NCBI GenBank assembly: GCA_964016885.1
Contig: OZ024743.1
Coordinates: 87,296,001 to 87,360,000, forward strand
DNA: 64,000 bases
Reading direction: 5' to 3'
DNA from: Eledone cirrhosa
Lineage: Eukaryota
The position numbers were made by a program, and so were the translations under genes. Below are positions 37,473 to 51,600 of this stretch, one piece after another (within the stretch, counting starts at the first letter, position 1; each line of letters begins with the position of its first letter). The notes beneath the pieces were generated by a model, which saw only the letters and a program-made list of their open reading frames with translations, searched no databases and was not told the DNA's origin.

Positions 37473-39189
37473 CTCATTTTGAGTATGTTTTGGGGGACTC
37501 AGAAAGTTGGATTTGCACTGGGTTTTTTTTATGTATATCTAAGTATAAATTTAACAAACCATAATAGCTGACAAATATTGGTCTATCTCTCCACTGAACT
37601 GGAGGTAAAACTACAATTATAGCATTACTAACAATGATTATAATTATCATTTTTTATTAAATGTATACCGTTTCATTAATACCTATAATTATATCTATAT
37701 ATAGTTGTACAAATATCTTTATCTAGTGTAATAATATAATCGTAGTTACATTTATAAATAATTTAGACACTCAAATGACTTTATATTGCTATGAATGTTT
37801 GGTATTCCCAGGAAGGTCGAACTTATATAATCATTTACTTAATATAATATAATATAATATAATATAATTTAATTTAACTTATTTTGTTTTATTCTATTTT
37901 AATTAAATTTAGATTACCTTCAGCTTTTTCAAATATTCAGCGCTTCTTTATATCACATTCGCTAAAATATTTTAGAGATATCTTTTGTATACTTTATTAA
38001 AAGCCTATTGCATTTATTTTTAATTTTGGGCATCTTTAAATTTCACAAATAATTCATTTTCTTTTATTTGTATATTTATTTTGTATCTAGCCCCTATCAC
38101 TAGGAGTTATAGTTTTGACTTATATCTTTATAGTATATATCAACTAAATGAAAATAATTGATATAAATCATTAATTCTTTAACAATATTTTAAACTATGT
38201 ATATTTTTTAGCAATATCTTCAGGAAATTATTTACTATATTGCAATATTGCAATATAATAATAATAATAATATAATATTTATATTTGAAAGGTATCACCT
38301 CAACTATGAACAAATAATAAATTATAATCTTGGTATTTTATGATCAATGCATATATATAGTTGAAAATTCTGACTTCTTTAAGTTTAATTATAAGACCGG
38401 TTGATACTTTAGGCACTCAAACTATTTAACAATAAATTCTTTAATAATTATAACTATAATTATCTTATAAATTATATTATAGAAACTGTTGTCAATATTA
38501 TAAGTAATTTCTTTTCTCGTGTTTCGTAAATCCTTTAAATTTGTTTTCATAAAATTTGAATTTTAGAAATTTAACATAATTATATTATAATATTAATACA
38601 AAGACCTATTAATTTTTAAAACCTAAAATATGATTCTTTACCCTGAAATAACATAAATTAAATATTTTGAAAATTAACGCCAACTATATTATATAGAAAT
38701 CTGTGTGTATAGAAACTTGAACATAAATTACTCCCCATTGTCTCTCTCTCTCTCTCTTTAATCATATTTCATCTGTCTTCTCAAGCCACATACTAAATAT
38801 ATTATCACATCAGCTGTTTCTTCCTCTATGCTTTTTTTCCCCACCTCTTTCTCTAGTAGTTTTTAAAAATTAAAAATTTATAACTGTTATATTGATGCCA
38901 TGCATTTCTTAAAATCTATTACATACACCCTCTCTATTGTTTGTATTACGTTATCTCATGTTCTCAATATTAGGGTATAAATATTGAGTTTTGTCATAAG
39001 TTAATCACTACCTTGATTGAATCTTAACCATCTACCATGTCAGGGTATGTCATGTATCATTTTATTTTATCTGATGAACTTAACTCAGTACCTTATTTTA
39101 TCTGTTGAACTTAACTCAGTACCTCTGAAATATGTATAATAAAATATAATTGATCACAAGAATATCTATTTTGTTAATATTTTGAATTA

Positions 39190-39277
<88 letters not shown>

Positions 39278-40164
39278 GAAGTGGATGTTTGTAAGGGGTG
39301 GGAGGAGGTAAACCGGTGCCCCCATTAATGATGTCATTCTCGGTGATTCGGTGTTCACTGAAATAATATACCGTGTCTATATTTCCGTTCCTGTTTTGGA
39401 TTGTAGATCTCTCAAGACACAAATAGATATAAACAGACACGGACAGATCGATCAACAAAATGAAATTTAATGGCGTTCTTTTGTTTTAAGCCTCTTTTAT
39501 GTATCACAGAAATACAATTATGAAATGCTTTAGACATTATTCAAAGTTTAGTCTTTCCATATTGTTAGTGGACTCACGTTATTTGTAATTTTTTCTGCTC
39601 CTCAATGTTATGTTGTTAATGAATATACCAATCATAATAATATCGAAAATGGATGTGTGTTGGTGGGGAAGGTAGTGTTGCGGAAGGCAGGAAAATCACA
39701 TCAAAAACAGTAACGCATTGTTTAGATTATAAGTATTTATAAGCTTCAATAATGATTTTTAGTATAGGCACAAGGCCAGTTATTTTGGAAGAGGAAAGTC
39801 GATTAAGTCGACCCCAGTACGTTAGTGGTGCTTTATTTTATTGACCCCGTAAGGATGAAAAGCAAAGTTAACCTCGGCGGGATTTGAACTCAGACTGTAA
39901 AGGGCCGTAACTTTATGCTGCAAAGCATGGTATCCGACTCGCTACCGATACTGTCAATCCACCGACAGACAATAAGTAATACATAAAATTGCTCATAGTG
40001 TGGTGTGAAAAACCCAACGAGTTCATGTAGTCGCGGGTCCCTAATAATGGGTGGTGAGGTGGAATAAGCGGGAAGTGGAGTGGAAAGTCGGTAATTTTTC
40101 TAGGTTGTCTTTAAACCAGAATTAGTCGTCTAGTTTACATATTGAGACCCCAACCGAAACTATA

Positions 40165-41002
40165 TATTTTATAATGTATGTGATTTCTTGAAATGTACTT
40201 TTTTTCTCATGTATAATGTTTTTTAATGCATGAAGAAATTAATTGTCGCAGGAATGCTACCACTTAAAATAAAATTTCACCGGAGATAGATTAACAAAAT
40301 TTAATAAGCAAGTGGTGGGGTGGGGTGATGATTATTTGAGACCCGAGAGTAGGTAAAATGACAATTTGATTTTGGATCAGAACTGAAAGTGAAAAGTGTG
40401 TGTGGCTGTTAGAAATTGAGATCCCGGTTAAGCGATGTTGTCAAACGTTTAGTGTCTTCAGATGTTTTTGGCTTTCAAGCTTCTTCATGTAGTAAAGTTG
40501 TGGTGTAGGTATCACGACACAAAGCGCACTGTAATGTGTCGTGTAGGTATCACGACAAAACGCGCCTAGTCCACACTGTAATGTGTCGTGTAGGTATCAC
40601 GACAAAACGCGCCTAGGCCAGACTGCGAAGTGGTCATCTAGGTGTCACGACAAAAAGCGCCTAGACCACACTGTAACGTGTCGTGTAGGTGTCACGACAA
40701 AAAAGCACCCAGCCCACACTGTGAAGTAGTCATGTAGGTGTCACGACAAAAAGCTTCCATGAATTACTCTTGGGTTTCGATTAATTGTCCCCTCCCCCAG
40801 CGCTTATTAATTTTTCAGATGTTTTTCAATCCTTACCGCTCTTAACCCCCTCCCTCGCTCATTAAATTTTGCTAATCTAACTCCGGCGAAATTTTATTTT
40901 AAGTGGTAACATTCCTGCGACAATTAATTTTCTTTAGACATTAAAATACATTATAAATGACAAAAAAAGTACAGTATTAGAAATCTCATACATTATAAAA
41001 TA
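40165..41002. repeat. Diverged inverted repeat pair (40165-40309 / 40857-41002) enclosing a 47-bp array at 40495-40755
   Basis: AATTAATTGTCGCAGGAATG.TACCACTTAAAATAAAATTTC versus its reverse complement. Confidence 0.75.
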
Positions 41003-41984
41003 AATAGGATGGGCATGTAGTTAGAATGTCTCAGGAAAGAATCGCTGGACAGATTTTATAGATTTTAGTCTGTGGTTCGTTGGCGCTGTCACAAACAAAC
41101 GTCTCCCACCCTTTAAATATCCTCATTTTGCAAGTTAATCCATGGTATTGTACGACTGTAAGGTCAGAGAGCATTAATAATAAATAATAATAAAACCAAG
41201 GATTCAGAAAGTATTTATAACATTTTTATTAATCTTACGCTCGTTTCTACAAATAAAATAAACATTAAAGATAAGGATATTTAACAATGCTCATCTAAGT
41301 AAAATTCTGGTATATATAGAAGTAAATCTGCATACTAGTTATCAGGCTTAAAGCGAAAAAAAAAAAAAATTTCATTCTGTTTATTAATTTCATATCATTT
41401 GTTTCATCAGAACCTTCGAGCAAATATTGATTAAAATAACAGATTAAAGTTTAAGCAAAGAATCGCTGCTTTCAGAAGATCCCGTTAAGAGTGAAAGCAG
41501 CGATTGTTTGCTTAAACTTTAATCTGTTATTTTAATAAATTATATATATACATATCGGGCGAAACCAACAAGTAGGAGTCGCAGGATGGTTGGATAACAT
41601 CCATGAGCTTGACTGGTCATACTTGGGGATTTAGCCGGATCAGTTGGAGACAGTTGCTTCTAACAGGACCCACTGGGAGGAGTGTTTAAGGATTACGACC
41701 CTCTCAGTGCGAAGAAAAGAAGAAAAACAATATATATATATTGAAAACTGAAGAATATTCCAGAGTTAAATGAACCGTTAAAACTATTGGGACGCTAGAT
41801 TTAAATAATAAAAGTTTTAAAAAAAGTATTTTATTTGAACTATAAATTAGTGAAACATTCAGAAAAATAAAGCAGCATTGGAAAGGAATATAAAAGCCAT
41901 AAATGAGAGGAAAAGGAGGGGAAGTGCAAGGACTGTTAGACAAAGGAAGAAAGAAAAAGGGAGAGGGTGACAGATGTTACACCT

Positions 41985-42945
41985 AGGTCAGAGCAGAGTT
42001 TTGGCTGCGTTCCGTTGCAACAGCAACCCCACCTTGCAGGGATCCTTCCTTAGACGGATTGCTATCGATCCGATTTTGCGGAGGAGGTCAGCTCTCTGGT
42101 TCCGAGGACGCCTGAGGTGACGACGGCAACCGGTGCATTGTGGGTCGCGATACCTGGGTTCGTGGCCAAGGTGACTAAGTTGAAGGCGGAGAACGTGTCG
42201 CAACACGTCGCGTCCCAGATGAGGGGTTTACCTCCTTCGAAAGGGAAGAGAGAAATTTCGTAGAGGCGCTTGCTGTGTCCACGGTCGAGGCGTGGTTCCA
42301 GTTGTGACGGGAAGCCGGATGCGCCGAGACTCCTTCTCAATATGTCGTTGAGAGCGGCGTGTCGGAGTAACCGGCCTGCTCTCTGGCAGCATGATAATGG
42401 GTGCAGGCCGAACTCATCGATGACAGCTCCACAACGGCATTTTTGAGGCTCACACATGTGGAGGCCGAGGCGTTGGGCTACTCCGATGTGAGTGCACTCG
42501 TCATTAAAAATGATACCGGTTAATGAGGTGGGCACCGAATTGAACCACGCGAGGTGAAACAGGCAGGAAAGGAGGTGTTGGTCCAAGCTAAACTCGAGCT
42601 GCCTGAAGGTAGACCTGCACTTGATGTCGTCCCAGTTACATTATATATTTGTATACTGGGGTCGGGGAGACCTTCGTTGGTCTAGTCGGCCAGATCTTGC
42701 TCCATTTCTTGGGTCACTTCAGGTTCTGCCGTCTTGCTGAGTACCTCGCTGATGAGGGTGCGTCTGGAGAAGTTTGATGAGAAGTAGGCCGATAGTGCCA
42801 GATCTGATGACGATCGGAGTCCGAGACCACCGAAGTTCACAGCTTCGCCTGTTGCCAGCCGGAGCTCTCGAAACTGACATTGCAAATGAGTTCCGCACGT
42901 CGGATGGTGGCATCGAGTTCACCGACGCGATCTGCGACAGTAACA
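41985..42945 (-). mobile_element. CRE-like non-LTR retrotransposon 3' fragment (zinc knuckle plus restriction-like endonuclease)
   Basis: FGGLGLR, CRCG..HPLSC, RHAALNDIL, KR(LYE)ISLFPF..LIWDAT with the PD motif degraded. Confidence 0.75.
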
Positions 42946-43107
42946 AGAAGCATTATAATTACATGTATAATTTGCTTGTCACCGAAATGTGCGTAGAATA
43001 TAAAATGTTTTGAATCAATGCAAACGTTTTGGTTTTTCTTTCATATATATATATATACCTACACGACCACCTTAAAATGTATATATATATATATATAGAG
43101 AGAGAGA

Positions 43108-43602
43108 AAATTGTGGTTGGTAATGGCACATGGAATATATAAGAGACAGAATACTTTTTTGTGAAAAAACATATAATTTTATAAGGTAAGGAAATAATAA
43201 AGGGTATAAAAAATGACCGGTTTCGATGGGTCTGCAAAAGCCATCTTTTCAAATGTTGATTAATATTAAGAAAAATTAATAAGAAGAAGAGTTAAAATTT
43301 GAGATTTGAAAATTCAAGTATAAAATTCATTGTGGGATTTCATAGTAGTTTTCATCTTGGTAGCAGCTCGTTGACTGCTTCTGGTAGTGAATGAGAAGTT
43401 ATTTGGGGGTGTGGGTTATTTTATAAAGGTCAAATTTAGCAATGGCCAGATGGCCAGCTGCTGGTCAGTGAGGGGGTGGAAGCAATATACATACATATAT
43501 CTTCCTGTGCTCGGTAGGAGAGGGGAGATTGATAGAAAGGGATTTAGTACACTTACACCTATATATACACACATACCTTCATCCACACATACATACATAT
43601 AC

Positions 43603-43645
<43 letters not shown>

Positions 43646-46110
43646 CACACATACATACACACACACATACATATACATACACACATACACACACACATAT
43701 ATGCACATACACACACACATATATATATATATACACACACACACACATATATATACATACACATACATCCAGATACACACATACATACACACACACATAT
43801 ATATATATATATATGCGTACATACATATATATACACACATATATATACACACACCCACACATACATACACACACACATATATATACATACACACATACAA
43901 ACACACACACACATATATACACATACACACACATATATATACACACACACACATATATATACACATACGCATACATCCAGATACACACATACATACACAC
44001 ACACACACGCACACACAATACATACATCCACATGCACACACATACACACACACATACACATACATACACCCACACACAGAGAAATGGCCTCCAAATATAT
44101 ATATATACATGCATACACATATATTGTTTCCATAATATAAGAAGTTAGGGCAGTGAAATTAAAATACAAGTCATTCTGATCACATTGAGTTCTTCATGTA
44201 GATTGGGCCCCGCAACCGACAGTGGTGAATGCGTGCGCATATATATATAGATATATGTGTGTGCACGTGCAGGGTTTAACATGGATGTGTTGGTCACACA
44301 AAGGCATGGTCTGTCAACGAATAAACCTGATTCTACAGAATTGGTCTCTGGTCTTTAATAGTGGTGATAATTATATACATGCACACATACAAACACATAT
44401 ATCTGTCACTCCGTGCGTATGTGTGTTTATATTTTATGACAATTCTATTGGGGTGATAACCCGTTTAGTTTTGGTTTAAATTTGTTAAGGAATAGATTTT
44501 CTTTGTTTATTCTTTGTTGCTGTGTGAACGAATCTGAGCACTTGTAGAAGGGGAAGATTTTAAAGTTGGGTAGTGTCATTCCTGCGCAGTTCGCAATATG
44601 GCTGCTCAAGGGGATTTTTCTTGTGCTAGCGTCCCGGATTTGTTGGCGGTGGATGGTCATTCTTTTGCGTAATGAGGTGCCCGTCTGTCCTATGTAGTTG
44701 TGTTTGCACCCACCGCAAGTTATTGCGTAAATCAAGTTCTCCGAGTTGCAGGTGAAATTGTTTTTTACTGTAAATGTTTGGCCATCTTTAAATGTAAATT
44801 TTTGTCCTTCAGTGAGGTAGAGGCACGTTCCACAGTTTGTTCTACCACATTTGGTAACTGTAGGGTTGAGGATTGGTTTGGGTATATTTGGTCCAGTGAG
44901 AATGCGTTTTAGTGATTTGGGTTGTCTTTTACTTTTAAGGATCTTGTGTGTTTCAAGAATAGACTTCATTTTTACATCTTTAAGTAGGATGGGGAGGTTT
45001 TTGTGTAGGTGATCAAACATTTCGGTATTTCTGGGGTTGAAAGTGGATACATATGGCAGGGTGTTGAGTGTGGTTTTCTGTTTTGGATTGTTAAGTTGAT
45101 GGGGATTTAGGTGTTTTGCCCTGTCTATTCCATTGTTGATTATTTCAAGTGGAAAGGCTCTTAAGATAAGGGTGTCTTTTAGTTCCTTTAGTCTTTGCTC
45201 CCGTTTAGGTGGATCTGATACTATGGTACATATACGTTTGGCCAAATTGTAAGGAATGTTAAGTTTTGTATGTTTTGGGTGACTTGATGTGAAAAAGAGG
45301 TATTGCTTGGAATCTGTGGGTTTATAGAATATATCTGTATCTAATTTCCCGTCTATTACAGAGATGAGAATATCCAAGAAGGCTAATTCCTTGGGATTGG
45401 ATTCCATTGTGAATTGTATGTTATTATCTATGTTGTTTATCATGTTTTTAAACATAGTAAGTGAGTTCATGTCTTCTTGCCATAGGATAAAGCAGTCGTC
45501 TAGATATCTTTTCCAATTGGCTTTGAAGTGTGTGTGGAAAGAGTCTCCAAATAAGAGAAGGGACTGACTGTATATTTGTTGTTCATGGAATCCCATGACT
45601 AGGTTGGCATATGTGGGTGCTACTTTCGTGCCCATTGCCGTACCTGATACTTGTCTGTATGTTGAACCATTGAATGTGAAGATATATGTATGTATATTGC
45701 TTCCACCCCCTCACTGACCAGCAGCTGGCCATCTGGCCATTGCTAAATTTGACCTTTATAAAATAACCCACACCCCCAAATAACTTCTCATTCACTACCA
45801 GAAGCAGTCAACGAGCTGCTACCAAGATGAAAACTACTATGAAATCCCACAATGAATTTTATACTTGAATTTTCAAATCTCAAATTTTAACTCTTCTTCT
45901 TATTAATTTTTCTTAATATTAATCAACATTTGAAAAGATGGCTTTTGCAGACCCATCGAAACCGGTCATTTTTTATACCCTTTATTATTTCCTTACCTTA
46001 TAAAATTATATGTTTTTTCACAAAAAAGTATTCTGTCTCTTATATATTCCATGTGCCATTACCAACCACAATTTTCTCTATAACCTTCGTTTTGTGTAGT
46101 AAATTACACT

Positions 46111-46115
<5 letters not shown>
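43108..46115 (-). mobile_element. 5'-truncated Penelope-like element (Neptune/Poseidon-like) with inverted terminal repeat
   Basis: About 397-bp near-perfect inverted repeats 43108-43504 / 45677-46079; intact C-terminal ORF. Confidence 0.88.
44445..45680 (-). CDS. PLE RT C-terminal half plus GIY-YIG endonuclease (5'-truncated, open frame)
   Basis: GTAMGTKVAPTYANL, RYLDD, FLDI, YKPT, SSHP, CGRTNCGTC, NLIYAITC..YIGQT. Confidence 0.88.
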   Translation of the reverse strand, partial: FTFNGSTYRQVSGTAMGTKVAPTYANLVMGFHEQQIYSQSLLLFGDSFHTHFKANWKRYLDDCFILWQEDMNSLTMFKNMINNIDNNIQFTMESNPKELAFLDILISVIDGKLDTDIFYKPTDSKQYLFFTSSHPKHTKLNIPYNLAKRICTIVSDPPKREQRLKELKDTLILRAFPLEIINNGIDRAKHLNPHQLNNPKQKTTLNTLPYVSTFNPRNTEMFDHLHKNLPILLKDVKMKSILETHKILKSKRQPKSLKRILTGPNIPKPILNPTVTKCGRTNCGTCLYLTEGQKFTFKDGQTFTVKNNFTCNSENLIYAITCGGCKHNYIGQTGTSLRKRMTIHRQQIRDASTRKIPLSSHIANCAGMTLPNFKIFPFYKCSDSFTQQQRINKENLFLNKFKPKLNGLSPQ

Positions 46116-46197
<82 letters not shown>

Positions 46198-46827
46198 TAT
46201 ATATAAATATATATATATAATATATATATATTTTTTTCTTCTCCCTTTCATGCTCATCTAACTTATACATATTACACTTATTCATCCACTCTTCTACTTC
46301 TTTTCACAATATATCCTTAATTACATTACTATTATTATATTTTTATATTTTTTTAATAATACATATCAACAATTTCTTTCCATCGCACATATTATTAAAC
46401 CCTTAAATATTATTCTTAATACATATTAAAAATTTCTTTTCATCGCACATATTATTAAACCCTTCAATATAAAAACCTTAATTTAACATTATTCTAAAAT
46501 TTTTCTCTTCGTTAATTTTCAACTTCTTTTAATTTATATATTATCTTCCAACGGTTTTTTAACCTCTTTATGTAAAACAATATATTTTTCTCAGTTATAA
46601 AAGCTATCTCTCTCTCTCTCTATCACCCATCTCTCCTCCTATCTCATCCTTCCTTATTATCCCCCCCCCCACATTCTTTACTCTCATCTCCTCCTCTTTT
46701 TCATCCTTTCCAACCCCCACTCAATTTTTTTTCCCAATATCACACATCAATCTAAAACTACTTTTCATATGTTGATTTAAAACTGCACTATTCACAAGTG
46801 TTTTTTAACCTTCATATAATGTCTCCC

Positions 46828-46898
46828 TATTTTATCTGACGAAAACGCAAATGTCTTCGCATGATGATATTTGTTTTTGAAATGCGCATAATAAAATA
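46828..46898 (+). ncRNA. Minimal type I hammerhead ribozyme motif
   Basis: TATTTTAT-CTGACGA-stem II-GAAA-TGCGCA-TA-ATAAAATA: perfect 8-bp stem I, palindromic stem III. Confidence 0.8.
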
Positions 46899-47257
46899 CA
46901 AGGAACTCTTTTAACCATCTTTTGATCTTATATATTATATATATAAATATATATATATAATTGCAGCAAAGAGTTACGCCCCTTTATGGTCTGAGTTTAA
47001 ATCCCGCCGAGGTTAACTTTGAAAGCATCCTTACGGGGTCGATAAAATAAAGTACCAGTAATACACTGGGATAAATTACTGACCTTGTGCCAAAAGTAGA
47101 AACAATTATAATTACACGTCGTTAGATCATCACATACAATGCTTGCAATATTTGTTCCGGCTCTCTGCTCTCAAATCCCACTGAGGTAAACCTTGCCTTT
47201 CATCTTTTCAAGGTCTATAAAAAATAGTACCACTCTAGTACTGGGGTAGATTATTCC

Positions 47258-47368
47258 TCTCTATCACTTTCTCACTTCTTTTCTCTTACTCTCTATCATT
47301 TTCTCACTTCTTTTCTCTTACTCTCTATCATTTTCTCACTTCTTTTCTCTTACTCTCTATCATTTTCT
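47258..47368. repeat. Minisatellite, about 3.5 x 31 bp
   Basis: Unit CTCTATCATTTTCTCACTTCTTTTCTCTTACT. Confidence 0.85.
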
Positions 47369-47707
47369 AAAAGAAGAATTCTGCTGTGATCAGACCTAGA
47401 GAGAAGATGGGCTCCGCTTGATTTTAAAAGGTCCAAGAAATGCGACCCTACGACTCCATCGGGAGTTACGGGTCCATTCATACATACAGGGCAATTACGT
47501 TATGAAGAAAGAAAGGAGGGAAAAGAAAAAGACAGTAACGATTAGTTTATGGGTATAAAGTTTATATAGAGAATAGAATAACTTTTGATGTAGAAGAAGA
47601 AACTGGTGTTGCTATAACAAGAATGTTTTTTTGTCGTGACACCTACACGACCACTTTACAGTGGACTGGGTGCTTTTCGTCATGGCACCTACACGACCAC
47701 CTTAGAG

Positions 47708-47765
<58 letters not shown>

Positions 47766-47865
47766 TCATCATCATCCTTTTACGTCCGTTTTCCCCTGCT
47801 TGCAAGGGTTGGACGGGTCCTATTCAGCACAGCATCTATTGTCACGGTCGTGTAGGTGTATATAT

Positions 47866-48678
47866 ATGAAGGAAAACCAAAAGGTTTGCATGGTTTCACA
47901 ACATTTTATATTCTACGCACATTTCAGTGATAAGAAAAAAATAATCGATAATCGATAATTTTGATTAATTAATTAGTTTTCATCACCTCCTCAAGAATAA
48001 TAAAAGTAAAAAAGGGTAAAATATAATAACGTTCTTCTTAAGGTAATTAATTAATGTCTTTACACCGTCCGGACCATTATTCAAGGTAATCACTTAATAT
48101 GTCTTTACACCGTCCGGACCATTTAACATGAGTTAATATGATTACCTCTTACACCTTTTATTTGTTATTTTTCACTCAAAAGGACTTTAATCCCGTTGAA
48201 GTTAACTTTGCCTTTTAGTCTTACGGGGTCGATAAAATAAAGTAATGCACTGGATTCGTTTAGTCAACTTTCACTCTTCCTTTCAAATTGCTGGCCTTGT
48301 ACCAAAAGTAGAAAGAAGGTGGAGGAGACGATGGATTGGCAGAATCGTTAGAGCGTCGGAGTATATGTGCTTTAAGACATATAGTTACGTCTCTGTGTGT
48401 TCTGAGTTCAAATCCCGTCGAGGTTAGCTTTGCCTTTCATACTTACTGGGTTGATAAAATAAAGTACCAGTAACATACTGGTGTCGATTTAATCGACTTT
48501 CTCCTCCCCGCCAAATTGTTGGCCTTGTACCTTAATCAGAAACCATTATTCCTGAGGAGGTGATGAAAACTAATTAATTAATTGAAATTATCGATTACCT
48601 CATATTGTCACTGAATCGTTCGTAGAATAAAAAAATGTTTGGAATCCCTGCAAACTCTGTTTTTCCTTTCAATACATA
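47866..48678. repeat. Inverted pair of PLE-like terminal repeats (47866-48000 / 48546-48678) enclosing SINEs
   Basis: AATTAATTAGTTTTCATCACCTCCTCA versus TGAGGAGGTGATGAAAACTAATTAATT; 3' half also at 42977-43045 and 59367-59435. Confidence 0.75.
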
Positions 48679-51600
48679 TTAATGTTTGGTGATGTTGCTT
48701 ATTTTTAGTCTTTTGAATCTTACCTCAGATTTATTTGATTTTCAGGATTAATAATCGTAACATATTAAAGTTTTCCATCATCTTGTTTAGTCTAAGCTAA
48801 ATGGATATCTCCATTTATATATCTGTGCGCGCGCGCGCACACACACACACGTATATGTACACACGCATACATACACACACACATATATATATATATAGCA
48901 AAGTTGCACACTGAAAAGAACGAAATATGTAATGTACTGGGTAATTGCTAGCCTTGTGCCAAAAGTAGAAACAATTATTTCAATCAATAGATCAATATTC
49001 TTGATGACCCGGCAACGAAGCATATAGGTTACTTGTTGTCTACAGTGAGATATAATTGTGTGTGCGCGTGTGTGTGTGTCAATGTGTGTGCATGTATCTA
49101 TATACATATTGTCGGACCTCCATCGTTACCAACGACGACTGCTCCAGTTAATTCAGCCTGTTCACGAAATTATTGTGCTAGTGCCTAGATGCCTTTCCTA
49201 AAACCAACCTCATTTATAGTGAGTACTGGGTGCTTTTTGCAGTGACATCTACACGACCACTTTACAGTGTGGACTGGGTGCTTTTTGTCGTGATAACTAC
49301 GCGACCACTTTACAGTGTGGACTCGGTGCTTTATGTCGTGACACCTTCACGACTTTACAGTGTGTAATAAGGCTTAACACCTTGAATTACACGAACAACT
49401 TAATTTTTGCTAGCTGAGTGGACTGGAGTAGCGTGAAAAAAGTGTCTTGTTCAAGGACACAACGTACCGCCCGGCCCTGGCATCGAGTAATGCTGCGAGT
49501 GTTGCTGGTTTGCCTAAAAAATCATTAGAGAGGTTTCCCAGTGTTCCGCCAAGTATATTGAATGTTAATGGAGACTTTGTGGATAATTACACAAGGTCTA
49601 ATACGAGATTTGAGCCATTATTTTAGGATACCAGGACCGTGTATACTTTGTATACACGTATGCGCGTATTTTTTGCATTTAAAACATTCATAGAAAAAAA
49701 TCAAATTAATAAAATTAATAAAAAAAAAAGATTTTGACTTTCTAACAAAAACTCTTTCACTTTGACTTGCAAATACCCAAATTTAACTTGGAAATCACCC
49801 AATTTCACTGTTAAATACTTTGTTTCAGAAGGCTATGAAATAAGTATATACTTCCGTAAATTATATAATATTTATTAACACCAGTTTAGTCCTGATTGCG
49901 CAGACCTATGACGAAGGGTGTACCGCCGGTCGTGTCCTTCTTGTCTATTTGTATATTAGGGATTACACAGTCGATCGTAACAGCAAAGTGTGATTTGAAG
50001 GAGATTTGGCTGCTTTTTCCAGCAGATTTAGTGACCTCATCGAGGCGAAGCTATAACAGAGGTTTTCAACAACCAACGCCAGCAATGACAAATGCAAATA
50101 AATTCTGTATAGATATTGAAATACCAAGACATAACTGGCATCGCACTAAACATGACATATACGCATACATAGGTTAACTTTGCTTTTCATCCTTACAGCG
50201 TCGATAAAATAAACCACTAATGATGCGCTGGGATAATTGCTGGCCTTGTGCCAAAAGTAGAAACAATTATATATACGAAATTTAAATCTATCTATATATA
50301 TTTATATTGTGAAAGTTTGGTAGAAATATCCAAAGGTAAGAGCACTCAATCCAAAGGTCGAGTTAAGTATAATTAGTTACAGCAGTGACATATACAGGTA
50401 CATAAGTTTCGTTGGGTTATACACAGCTGAATGAGTTGGCGGTGCATGACCCAACGAAACTGCTTAGAAGGTTATGGGGGCTGAGAGAGAGAGAGAGAGA
50501 GAGAGAGTAGTCAGTCTCCCACCAAATATTGAACAGATACTTTTTCAACGGGATGAAAAGGTAAAAGATGAAACTGTCCTCGGCACGTTTTCAACTTAGG
50601 GCGCAGAGACGGAGCGAATACTGTAAACATTGTATCTTAGGCACCAAGCATTGTGCCTAAGATGGTTTCTAATTTAGGCACAAGGCCAGCAATTTGAGGA
50701 TGGAGAGAAGTCGATCACAATATTTGACTGGTACTTTATTTTATCAACCACATAACAAATGAAAGACCCGTAACGATACGCTAGCCTTCTGGCTATGTAG
50801 AAACCATAATTATAATTTCCATAATCGTGTTTTCTTTTTATTGGCTGAAAACATGTTGAACTATTTTCGTCTCTTTTTCTTCTTGTTTTGTTTATTCTTT
50901 CTTGGAAAAGAAAAATTGAGAAATATATTTTCCAATGTGTAAACTATTTATCATTGTAGTTGGATGCTCTAGAACGAATGACGTGTTGTGAGATTCGAAA
51001 CGAGAGGCCATATCATTAACAAACTTCCTATATAGAAGTACTTTCATTTTGAATCACCATTTTTTCACTACACGAAACTAAGCAAACTCCGGATATTTTG
51101 CCTTGTAAGTTAATTTCTGTAAACTTATTTTTTTTTCGTAGTTTTATTTAAGAATTATTTCATTACTTAGGTTGATATCAGTAACATTACTACATCGTAT
51201 ATGATGATCTCAGCCTGGGCAGTTTTCATGTATTTCGGGGTACCACCTGGTACTTTAATATTTCGCTACCAAAAAAAAAAAACAAAAAAAAAAAAATTAT
51301 GGGTTTCTAGGCTTCAGCCCAGTCAGCGAATACTACGATCCTGATCTCAGTAAAATTCAACATCAAAGAGGCAGTCCGTCTCTTTTCTTCTCTTTCCATC
51401 CCCTCACTTTAATGTGGAATCCCTCGATCAGTTAAGAGAAAAATATCTATTTGCTTATACCCGACCTGCCCAAATAACTGTTTTACACTGTCCCAAACCA
51501 CCTGGTTACTTAACTCTTAATTTTTGTCTGAGATAATGTCGGAAAGATGGTTTTATTCTTTTCTACGTTGTCTGATCCCGAAATAGATGGTCCTAATCCC

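Noticed and set aside
43387-44169. Long ORFs rich in HT/YI/CV
   Set aside because: Translations of (AC)/(AT) microsatellite; the same applies to 13.8-14.7, 28.7-29.3, 33.0-33.4 and 60.2-61.0 kb.
50406-50465. Hammerhead (CTGAATGA-GTTGG..CCAAC-GAAA)
   Set aside because: Extra base in the core and no convincing stems I and III; kept only as a hairpin.
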